64,000 bases of DNA from positions 10,476 through 74,475 of the forward strand of contig JAJDWR010000006.1 of NCBI GenBank assembly GCA_022825505.1. The letters are read 5' to 3'. The position numbers and the translations under genes are program-made. Positions within the stretch are counted from its first letter, which is position 1. Each line of letters starts with the position of its first letter. The stretch comes from Gammaproteobacteria bacterium (GTDB lineage Bacteria > Pseudomonadota > Gammaproteobacteria > Steroidobacterales > Rariloculaceae). Positions 37,794 to 46,051 of this stretch are shown piece after piece. The notes below the pieces were generated by a model that was not told the DNA's origin, did no database searches, and saw nothing but the letters and a program-made list of their open reading frames with translations.

Positions 37794-38570
37794 ATGAAGA
37801 GATTCACCCTTCTCGCTGCATCCATGGCCGTGTGTTTGCTTGAGACTTCCGTGGCGCTGGCCCAGCACGGCGTACCCGGCGGTACGCCCATGACCTTCTT
37901 CGTCACCAGCCGCCCGATCGGGGACGGCGGCAACCTGGGCGGCCTGGAAGGGGCGGACGCGCATTGCGAGATGCTCGCAGAGGAAGTGGGCGCGGACGGC
38001 CGCACCTGGCGCGCCTACCTCAGCACCCAGGAACGCCCGGGCCAGCCGGCCATCAATGCCCGCGACCGTATCGGAACCGGCCCGTGGTACAACTACGATG
38101 GGGTCATGATCGCCAGAGACGTGGCCCATCTGCACGGCGATACCATCGAACAGGCCCGGCTCGGCAACAACCTCCACAAGCTCTCCGGACTGACGGAAAA
38201 GGGCCAGATCGTACCGGGGCTCAACGATTACCCGCATCCTCTCGACGGCGACTGGGAATACGTCAGGACAACCCCCTACAGCAACCGGCACGAAGTCCTG
38301 ACGGGCTCGCAGCCCGGCGGGACCGCCTACCCGCCGGAACTCGACTACACGTGCAACAACTGGACGAGCAACGAGGACCCCGACTTCGAAACCGAGGGAA
38401 GAAGGATGGGGGCGATTCCCGGCAAGCCCAATGCCCAGATCGGTTTCCCCGACCGCAACGGCGGCGGCAACGGCTCCTGGAATTCATCCCACGGGACCCG
38501 CGGCTGCAGCCAGACGGCACTGGTGATGACCCACGGCGTGGGAATGTTCTACTGCTTTGCCATCGATTGA
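37794..38570 (+). CDS. Secreted endostatin/C-type-lectin-like protein, copy 1
   Basis: Signal peptide; FFVTS, GNLGGLEGADAHC, WRAYLS, ARDRIG.GPW, TCNNWTS, SWNSSH...GC, FYCFA. Confidence 0.75.
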   Translation: MKRFTLLAASMAVCLLETSVALAQHGVPGGTPMTFFVTSRPIGDGGNLGGLEGADAHCEMLAEEVGADGRTWRAYLSTQERPGQPAINARDRIGTGPWYNYDGVMIARDVAHLHGDTIEQARLGNNLHKLSGLTEKGQIVPGLNDYPHPLDGDWEYVRTTPYSNRHEVLTGSQPGGTAYPPELDYTCNNWTSNEDPDFETEGRRMGAIPGKPNAQIGFPDRNGGGNGSWNSSHGTRGCSQTALVMTHGVGMFYCFAID

Positions 38571-38580
38571 GGCGCCCACG

Positions 38581-39324
38581 ATGAGAACAATCCAACAGAT
38601 GTTGGCGAGCCTGGTCATCGCCCTGACAGGTACCGGTATCGCGTTTGCCCAGGGTCCCGGTGCTCCGGGTCCCGGACTGCCGGAATCGGACGACATTCCT
38701 TCCAGCCTGATGACGTTTTTCGTCACCAGCGAACCCATCGGCGACGGGGGCAATCTCGGCGGCCTGGAAGGCGCCGACGCGCACTGCGAAGCGCTCGCCG
38801 CGGCCGTGGGTCAGGGGCACAAGACCTGGCGCGCCTATCTCAGCACCCAGGAACGCCCCGGCCAGCCGGCGGTTAACGCCCGCGACCGCATCGGCGACGG
38901 CCCCTGGTACCACTCCAAGGCCCGGATTCTCGACTACCTGAACCGGCGGCTGAATCGCCCGCTCATCAAGTCGCAGATCCACGGCGACACGCTGCTGGAG
39001 GCGCAGCGGGGCAGCAACATGTCCAAGCAATTCGCGCTCACCGAACACGGCGAACTCGTCAACGGCATCGGCGATCCGCTGCCTACGCTCCATGCCATTC
39101 TGACGGGCTCGCTGACTGACGGCCGCGCCTTCCCGCCCGGGGAAGACCGGACGTGCAACAACTGGACCAGCAACGGCGAGGGTGCAGCGCAGTTCGGCCA
39201 CTCCGACCGGATCGGCGGCGGCAATCAGTCGTGGAATTCCGCCGGGACAACGACGGGCTGCAGCCAGGACGACCTGGTCAGTTCGGGCGGCGCGGGCCTG
39301 TTCTACTGCTTCGCGATCGACTAG
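38581..39324 (+). CDS. Secreted endostatin/C-type-lectin-like protein, copy 2
   Basis: Same motifs as copy 1; tandem paralogue. Confidence 0.75.
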   Translation: MRTIQQMLASLVIALTGTGIAFAQGPGAPGPGLPESDDIPSSLMTFFVTSEPIGDGGNLGGLEGADAHCEALAAAVGQGHKTWRAYLSTQERPGQPAVNARDRIGDGPWYHSKARILDYLNRRLNRPLIKSQIHGDTLLEAQRGSNMSKQFALTEHGELVNGIGDPLPTLHAILTGSLTDGRAFPPGEDRTCNNWTSNGEGAAQFGHSDRIGGGNQSWNSAGTTTGCSQDDLVSSGGAGLFYCFAID

Positions 39325-39343
39325 TCGCGAAAATCGCCGGCCG

Positions 39344-40981
39344 TCAGTCCCGCAATCCGAATACGAACAGGCCGTTGCCGGCGGCGACGGCCACATATTG
39401 CCTGCCGTCCACGGCGTAGCTGATCGGCCCGTTGGCGATATCGCCGCCGAGATTGGTTCGCCACAGCAGGTCTCCCGTCACCGCGTCCAGTGCGTGGAAG
39501 TAACCCTCCCTGCCGCCGGTGAACAGCAAATCCGTCGCGGTGGTGAGAATTCCGCTGGTGGTGACATCGGTCATTTCGTACTTCCAGCGATGCTCGCCGG
39601 TAACGGGATCGAGGGCGATCACGGCGCCCGTACCGACTGCCTCCGTCCAGTTGTTGATGCGGTCGCCACGCAGGCTGGGTACGTTGGGGCCCCCAGGTAT
39701 GGGCGTGCCCGGAATGCCGCCCAGGAACCTCAGGCCCTCCTGGTATTCCTGCTCCTCCGGCCAGAAGACCGATCCGTAATTCTCCCACGCCGGGACATAG
39801 AAAAGTCCGGTACGCGGACTGTAGGACGGCGAGTACCAATTTGTCGCTCCCTGCACGCCGGGATAGGTCGTCTCCCCCGGCGGCTGCGGCGTTTCGATCG
39901 GCCGGCCGCTCTCGCTCAAACCGCTGGCCCAGTTGACTTCGGTGAACGGTTCGCCGCGGACGAACTCGCCGTTCGTCCTGTCGAGCACGTAGAAGAAGCC
40001 GTTGCGGTTGGCCCATAGCATCTGCCGCCCGCTGCTGAACGTCTCAAGGCCGATATCGGCCAGGACCGGGATCTGGACGGCGTCGTAGTCGTAATCGTCA
40101 TTCGGGGTGAACTGGAAATACCACTGGAGTTCGCCGGTGTCCGGGTCCAGGGCCACCACGGCATCGGAATACAGGTTGTCGCCGGGCCGTTGCGCCGGAT
40201 TCCAGTCGGGCCCGGGATTGCCGATGCCCCAGTAGGTCTGGTCGAGGTCCGGATCGTACGATCCCGTGAGCCAGACCGAAGCCCCGCCATGCTGCCAGGC
40301 GTCGGTGTCGCCCTCCCAGGTTTCGTGGCCCGGTTCGCCGGGTCCCGGAATCGTGTAGAACTTCCAGGCCTCCTCGCCCGTTTCGGCGTCATAGGCCGAG
40401 ACGAAGCCGCGGATACCGAATTCGCCACCGGCGACCCCGACGATCACCTTGTCCTTCACGACCAGCGGCGCCAGGGTCATTGCGTAGCCGGCGCCGGGGT
40501 CGGCGACCGCCGTGCGCCAGACAGGCTGCCCGTTGACGGCGTCGATGGCGACCAGCTGGGCATCGATGGTGGCCATGAACAGCGTGTCGCCCAGCATTGC
40601 CAGCCCGCGGTTGACCCGGCCGCAGCAGGGTCGGGACAGGTTGGAAGGATTGTGCCGGTAGTCCCAGAATACGCGCCCGCGTGCCGCATCCAGAGCCACG
40701 GCGGTATTCGGGGCCTCGGTGAGGTACATGATCCCGTCCACGACCAGCGGCGTACTCTCGAACTTTTCCAGCGACTGGGCCTGAAAGACCCATTTCAACT
40801 CCAGTTCGCCCACATTCGCGGGCGTGATCCGATCCAGGAGGCTGTACCGGGTGCTCGCGTAGGTACCGGAGTAGGTCAACCAGTTGTGAGGCTCATCGTC
40901 GGCGTTCAGCAGCCGTTCGAAGCTCACCTGTGCATGCAGCCCAAAAGGCGTCAACAACAGCAATAGCGCGATACGAGCCAT
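39344..40981 (-). CDS. PQQ-dependent dehydrogenase (alcohol dehydrogenase type)
   Basis: Signal peptide; RYS.LD.I...NV..L, ESTPLVVDG, PCCGRVNRG, GGEFGIRG, GDNLYS, TPNDDYDYD, GRQYVAV. Confidence 0.92.
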   Translation of the reverse strand: MARIALLLLLTPFGLHAQVSFERLLNADDEPHNWLTYSGTYASTRYSLLDRITPANVGELELKWVFQAQSLEKFESTPLVVDGIMYLTEAPNTAVALDAARGRVFWDYRHNPSNLSRPCCGRVNRGLAMLGDTLFMATIDAQLVAIDAVNGQPVWRTAVADPGAGYAMTLAPLVVKDKVIVGVAGGEFGIRGFVSAYDAETGEEAWKFYTIPGPGEPGHETWEGDTDAWQHGGASVWLTGSYDPDLDQTYWGIGNPGPDWNPAQRPGDNLYSDAVVALDPDTGELQWYFQFTPNDDYDYDAVQIPVLADIGLETFSSGRQMLWANRNGFFYVLDRTNGEFVRGEPFTEVNWASGLSESGRPIETPQPPGETTYPGVQGATNWYSPSYSPRTGLFYVPAWENYGSVFWPEEQEYQEGLRFLGGIPGTPIPGGPNVPSLRGDRINNWTEAVGTGAVIALDPVTGEHRWKYEMTDVTTSGILTTATDLLFTGGREGYFHALDAVTGDLLWRTNLGGDIANGPISYAVDGRQYVAVAAGNGLFVFGLRD

Positions 40982-41766
40982 CAGTTCATCCCCTTCAATG
41001 ATCGCAGGTAGGCCAGCAAATCGGTCACCTCCTCTTCTGAGAAAACGTCGTCGTAGGACGGCAGATCCCACGCCGTGAGAATTGTGTACTCGCGCAAATC
41101 TCGCTTGTCCAGGGACAGCAGCCGCTCGTCTTCGGCGATGAGTTGCACCGAGTACGTGTCCTCGTTGAGGCGCCGGCCGTTGATCACGGTACCCTCCGCC
41201 GTGACCACTCGAACGGCGCGGTTCATGGGCAGGGTCGAGCCGTGTGGGTCCTCCAGGGCACGGCTCAGGACGGACGCACTTCGGATCGCGCCGATATCGC
41301 TGAGGTCCGGAGCGAACCGCGGACCCTGGCCGGCGACACGGTGACAGCTTCCGCAGTCGCCCTTGCCCGCAAACAACGCCTGGCCGCTGGTCGCATCGCC
41401 CAAGGCCACTCCGCCGATTTCCGTGTCCATGTTGCGGAGGTAGGCGATCAGCGCGACCAGTTCGGCATCCTCGTACGCGCCCGCCACCATCGTCGTGCCC
41501 GGAATCCCATCGAGCAGAATACCCCTGAGATCCCGGTCCGAGGCAGCGTGCCGGAACACGCCGCTGCGCAGGTTGACGCCCGGAAACAGGTCGCCGGATT
41601 CACCGTGGCACACCACGCAATACGTCGCGTACAGGGTTGAACCGTAGGCAATGTCGGCCTGTTCGTACTGCCCGACATGGGCCTGTGCCATGAGTTGACC
41701 GCCGGCGAAGAGACTCGCCAGCACCCCGAACAGTAATCTTCTCACTTTCGTATCCCCATTTGGCAA
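40981..41766 (-). CDS. Di-heme c-type cytochrome
   Basis: CVVCH and CGSCH, signal peptide; stop overlaps the PQQ dehydrogenase start. Confidence 0.85.
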   Translation of the reverse strand: MPNGDTKVRRLLFGVLASLFAGGQLMAQAHVGQYEQADIAYGSTLYATYCVVCHGESGDLFPGVNLRSGVFRHAASDRDLRGILLDGIPGTTMVAGAYEDAELVALIAYLRNMDTEIGGVALGDATSGQALFAGKGDCGSCHRVAGQGPRFAPDLSDIGAIRSASVLSRALEDPHGSTLPMNRAVRVVTAEGTVINGRRLNEDTYSVQLIAEDERLLSLDKRDLREYTILTAWDLPSYDDVFSEEEVTDLLAYLRSLKGMN

Positions 41767-41771
41767 ATCGG

Positions 41772-42719
41772 TCAGTAGACCGCGGCGGGAACGACCGTCG
41801 ATCCTGTCGCCCCGCGAATCTTCAGCGGCTGCATGACGAACGCGAACTCGTACACCTGCCGTGCCGCCAGTTCATCCAGCTTCATTCTCTCCAGCAGGTG
41901 GATGCCGTTGACCACCAGCATGATCTGGTGGACCGGCAGCGAAATGCCGGAATCCGGGTTCGGCTGGATCTCCACCGGCTGATTGTCGGCGCCCACGAGC
42001 ATCGGGTCCTGTGTGACCAGCCATTCCGCGGCCGCTATGCCGATACCCGGCGCCCGGCCGAGGAAACGTGGAACATCGGTCTCCCAGAGCTGCCCCCATC
42101 CGGTATGGATGATCACGGCGTCGCCGGGCTCAAGCGCCAGCTCCGCGTCGGCCAGCGCCTGCTGCAGATCCTCCGTGGTGATTTCGTAATCCTCGGGAAG
42201 AATGTCGACATCCTTGAGTCGGGCGATATCCAGCAGCACGCCCCGAGTCATGAGCATACCCACGTTTTCGATACCGAGATTCGAGAATCCCGACCGTGTC
42301 AGCGACTCGCTGACGCGAAAGCAGTTGTAGAGCGTATCGCCGATGGTCTGGTGGCTGAAGCCGTCGAACTGCGTACCCACCTGGCCAAGTTCGGTAACCA
42401 CGATCTCCTCGTTGGAGCCTCTCCGGTTGGCCTGTGGATTCATCCCGGTCGGCTTGAGATAGAGGTCGAAATGGCGGTTACCCAGCGGGATGGACTCATG
42501 CAGCTCATGCCCAAGCTCCACCACTTCACCGCTGTTGATCAGGCGCGCCGCCCGCAGCACGGTGGCGGGACCCATGTGATTCGCCGAGCCCCGCTCGTCG
42601 CCCTCCCCCCACCTGGATGGACAGCGGTCCTCTTCGGCGGGCGGCAGCCAGGATTGGGCATTGGCTGAGGGCAATGCCAGGCAGAGTATGGCCAGGACGG
42701 GAACGTTTCCTTGTCTCAT
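41772..42719 (-). CDS. Cyclase (kynurenine formamidase)-family protein, exported
   Basis: WGEGDERG, GTQFDGFSH, TRGVLLD, GDAVIIHTGW, GADN, PVH, PLKIRGATGS. Confidence 0.85.
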   Translation of the reverse strand: MRQGNVPVLAILCLALPSANAQSWLPPAEEDRCPSRWGEGDERGSANHMGPATVLRAARLINSGEVVELGHELHESIPLGNRHFDLYLKPTGMNPQANRRGSNEEIVVTELGQVGTQFDGFSHQTIGDTLYNCFRVSESLTRSGFSNLGIENVGMLMTRGVLLDIARLKDVDILPEDYEITTEDLQQALADAELALEPGDAVIIHTGWGQLWETDVPRFLGRAPGIGIAAAEWLVTQDPMLVGADNQPVEIQPNPDSGISLPVHQIMLVVNGIHLLERMKLDELAARQVYEFAFVMQPLKIRGATGSTVVPAAVY

Positions 42720-42873
42720 TGTTCTCCCTCCGCGTCGATGCGTATCGAAAACTCCCGGTACTGAGCTTACCCGAAACTGCGTGCAACGTAGCGGCGTCAG
42801 ACTGCGACACGGCATGCGTCATGCCCATTACACGCTTTCCGTGCCTGCCGGTTGCGGTATGCTTGCCGGCACC

Positions 42874-44067
42874 ATGAGTGCTTCCGTGATGACCGCCGGT
42901 GGACCATCCGCCGCAATGCTGCCCATGAACCGGCGCCCGGTCGGTATCGGTGTGATCGCCGCCATCGTGCTTACCGTCTACCTCGCCCAGAGTTTCGGGT
43001 GGCGCCAGGGGGCGCTGTTCGTTGTCGGGTTCGGTGCCGGCATTGTCCTGTACCACGCGGCGTTCGGCTTTACTTCGGCCTGGCGCCGTGCCATTCAGTC
43101 CGGCCGTTCGGCGGGATTGCGGGCGCAACTGCTGATGCTGGCTGTCACGGCGCTGGCGTTCCTGCCGTTAATTGCGGATGGCCAACTCTGGGGCATGGAA
43201 CTGCGCGGCAATGTTCGGCCGCTGAGCCTGTCGGTGGCCGCGGGCGCGTTCCTGTTCGGCATCGGCATGCAATTGGGCGGCGGCTGCGCGTCGGGAACGC
43301 TGTTCACGGTTGGAGGCGGCAGCGTCCGCATGGTGGCCACGCTGGCGGCCTTCATCGCCGGTTCCGCGCTGGGCGCCTTTCACCGGCCGGCCTGGGAAGC
43401 CGCGGCGCCGAGCGCGGGTCCGGTCTCGCTTGAGGGACTGCTGGGCATGCCGGGGGCGCTGGCGGCGACGCTGGCATTGCTCGCGTCGGCCTGGATCATC
43501 ACCAACAGAATCGAGCGCCGGCGCCACGGAGACGTTGCACCGGTGGGCGCCGCACCAACGCGCGCCGATTGGCTGCGGGGACCCTGGCCGCTGATCGCCG
43601 GCGCGCTGGGTCTGGCAGCAGTCAATGTCGCCACGCTGGCACTGGCGGGAAGACCGTGGGGCATCACATCCGGGTTCGCCCTCTGGGGCTCGAAGGTACT
43701 GGCCGCGCTGGGTGTGGACGTCGCCTCCTGGCCGTACTGGCAGGGATCGGCCGCGCTGGAGGCAAGCGTCTTCAGCGACATCACCTCGGTCATGAACATG
43801 GGAATCCTGCTCGGGGCGCTGACGGCAGCGGGGCTGGCCGGGCGATTCTCCCCTGTCTGGCGGATTCCGGCCCGATCTCTGGCCGCCGCCGTGCTCGGCG
43901 GACTGTTGCTGGGCTACGGAGCCCGAATCGCCTACGGGTGCAATATCGGGGCGTTCTTCAGCGGCGTCGCCTCGACCAGTCTGCATGGCTGGCTGTGGCT
44001 GGTCGCGGCCTTCGCGGGGAGTGTGCTGGGCATCCGCATGAGGCCCTGGTTCGGACTTGCAAAATAG
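42874..44067 (+). CDS. YeeE/YedE-family (thiosulfate/sulfur compound) transporter
   Basis: FGFTSAWR, GMQLGGGCASGTL, PWGITSGF, YGARIAYGCNIG. Confidence 0.9.
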   Translation: MSASVMTAGGPSAAMLPMNRRPVGIGVIAAIVLTVYLAQSFGWRQGALFVVGFGAGIVLYHAAFGFTSAWRRAIQSGRSAGLRAQLLMLAVTALAFLPLIADGQLWGMELRGNVRPLSLSVAAGAFLFGIGMQLGGGCASGTLFTVGGGSVRMVATLAAFIAGSALGAFHRPAWEAAAPSAGPVSLEGLLGMPGALAATLALLASAWIITNRIERRRHGDVAPVGAAPTRADWLRGPWPLIAGALGLAAVNVATLALAGRPWGITSGFALWGSKVLAALGVDVASWPYWQGSAALEASVFSDITSVMNMGILLGALTAAGLAGRFSPVWRIPARSLAAAVLGGLLLGYGARIAYGCNIGAFFSGVASTSLHGWLWLVAAFAGSVLGIRMRPWFGLAK

Positions 44068-44143
44068 CAATGCGACTTCGCGTTTTTTTCAATTCAGGCG
44101 GCGATTGCGCCTGCTAGAATCGACAACATGACCATTTGACAGG

Positions 44144-44569
44144 GTGAAACAAGTGAAAGTGGACCATGCGCGCGTTTTCTTATCCCCCCTTCACGTGCTT
44201 GTTCCCTTGTTTGTCCTTTCGTTACCGGCATCAGGACACCATTCATTTTCGGTGCAGTACGACGACACCAGGCCGATCACCATCCAGGGGTGGCTGACCA
44301 AGGTCGAGTGGACCAATCCGCACGTGTACTTCTATCTGGATGTGGAGGGAAAGGAGAACGATGTCGAGAACTGGGCATTCGAGATGGTGGCGCCCATTGT
44401 GCTTGAGCGCCGCGGCTGGACGCGCAACACGCTACAGATCGGCGAAGAAATCGAAGTCGACGGTTATCTTGCGAGGGACGGCAGCCGCCTGGCGAGTGCT
44501 GAAACGCTGCTCATCGTTCGTACCGGAGAACGGCACTCCGGCACGACCGCTCAGCTACTTTCGGAATAG
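44144..44569 (+). CDS. Secreted DUF6152-type protein
   Basis: ASG|HHSF...YD, EWTNPH, WAFE, GYLARDG. Confidence 0.8.
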   Translation: MKQVKVDHARVFLSPLHVLVPLFVLSLPASGHHSFSVQYDDTRPITIQGWLTKVEWTNPHVYFYLDVEGKENDVENWAFEMVAPIVLERRGWTRNTLQIGEEIEVDGYLARDGSRLASAETLLIVRTGERHSGTTAQLLSE

Positions 44570-44617
44570 TTTCGTCCGGAGCAGGCTCATCCGAAGGAAC
44601 CAGCAGCGCAGTTGCCG

Positions 44618-45430
44618 ATGAAATTCCTTGCGCGAACCGCCCTGCCCTGCCTGGTTGCCCTGGTCGTCCCCGGGGCGGCATTGGCCCAGGCCAGTGCGGA
44701 TAATCCGGGCGAATCGGCGCGACCGGTACCGCGGCTGCCTGACGGCACCGTGAATCTGGGCCCTGCGCCGGGAGAGTCAGGCCACTGGGATACGGGCCGC
44801 GGCGGCGCTCTCATGGAAAACGACGTGGAACTGAACGGATTCTTTCTCGTCGATCCGTCGGACGTGGACCGGGTGGCGCCCTTCAAGCCCTGGGCGCGGG
44901 AACTGTTCCTGGCGCGACAGGCCAACCTCGGCCTCCACGACCCGCATCCACGATGCTCGGGGAATGGCGGGCCACGCACCTTCGATACGCCCTACGGCAT
45001 CGATTTCGTCCAGGATGCCAACCGGCAGCGCATCCTGATACTGGTTGGCTGGTCGCGGCGCTGGCGCGAAATCCACATGGACGGCCGGCCGCACCCGGAT
45101 CTCGATACCTTTACGCCCACCTTCTTCGGGCATTCCGTCGGTCATTGGGAGGGCGACACGCTGGTCATCGACACGGTCGGATTCAACGAAAGGTTCTGGT
45201 TCACCAGAAAGCCCATGGGCATGGTGCATACGGAATCGCTGCACCTGGTGGAACGCATTTCCCGGCCCGATTACCACACGCTGCGCTACGAGGTCACGGT
45301 GGACGACCCGGCGGCCTACACGCGTCCCTGGACGGCGAGCTGGGAATTGCCGTGGACGGAGTTTGAAATCGTCGAATACCTGTGCAACGAGAACAACCTG
45401 GACCCGGTGCATTTTGTCGGTCCGCAATAG
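44618..45430 (+). CDS. Secreted hypothetical protein (DUF6152 partner)
   Basis: Signal peptide, PRLPDG, DP..RC, REIHMDGRPH, GHSVGHWEGDTLVIDT, EYLCNENN. Confidence 0.8.
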   Translation: MKFLARTALPCLVALVVPGAALAQASADNPGESARPVPRLPDGTVNLGPAPGESGHWDTGRGGALMENDVELNGFFLVDPSDVDRVAPFKPWARELFLARQANLGLHDPHPRCSGNGGPRTFDTPYGIDFVQDANRQRILILVGWSRRWREIHMDGRPHPDLDTFTPTFFGHSVGHWEGDTLVIDTVGFNERFWFTRKPMGMVHTESLHLVERISRPDYHTLRYEVTVDDPAAYTRPWTASWELPWTEFEIVEYLCNENNLDPVHFVGPQ

Positions 45431-45594
45431 ATTGGTGTGCGCCGGTCGCACGATCAGCGACAATACTACGACAAATGGCTTACACGCGATTGTTACTTGT
45501 GCTTCGATATACCATATGTCGAATCTTCCCGAATAAAAACACCTAAGTTAATGAAGTTACGCAATAATTCTTCATACGACAACAGGCGGTCACC

Positions 45595-46026
45595 ATGATC
45601 AGACTCATCATTGCAAGCTCAGCCGTAGTCATCCTCGCATTCGCACACCAGGGCCTCTCCCAGCAACCGCTCATGGAGCCGGAGATGGCGCTTTACAACT
45701 TCAGCGAGATGGAACCCCGCGGCAGGGAAGGATTCAGTGCCCATTTCGTTTCCGCCGCGACCATTCGGATGCTTCGGGCCGAAGTCAGCGCCGGAACGTC
45801 CACGACTCACCACAACCACCCGGACGAGGAAATGGTCTACGTGGTGGAAGGTCGAATCCGCGTGTTCAGCGGGGGAAACGAGGTGGAGCTGGGAGCGGGC
45901 GAACTCGTAGTGTTTCCGGCCTATGTCGATCATCACTATGAAGCGATCGTGGACTCGATGACGATCGAGGTCTTCGGTCCGGGACGCACCTTCGGCGCCC
46001 CGGCAGGCATGGGCATGGGCGGTTGA
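45595..46026 (+). CDS. Cupin domain protein, exported
   Basis: HNHPDEE...VVEG, GE...FP..VDH; signal peptide. Confidence 0.8.
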   Translation: MIRLIIASSAVVILAFAHQGLSQQPLMEPEMALYNFSEMEPRGREGFSAHFVSAATIRMLRAEVSAGTSTTHHNHPDEEMVYVVEGRIRVFSGGNEVELGAGELVVFPAYVDHHYEAIVDSMTIEVFGPGRTFGAPAGMGMGG

Positions 46027-46051
46027 TCCACGCGCGTCAGAGCCAAACCAC

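Noticed and set aside
36645-38291. 548-aa minus-strand ORF
   Set aside because: Antisense shadow of ygfZ and the lectin gene
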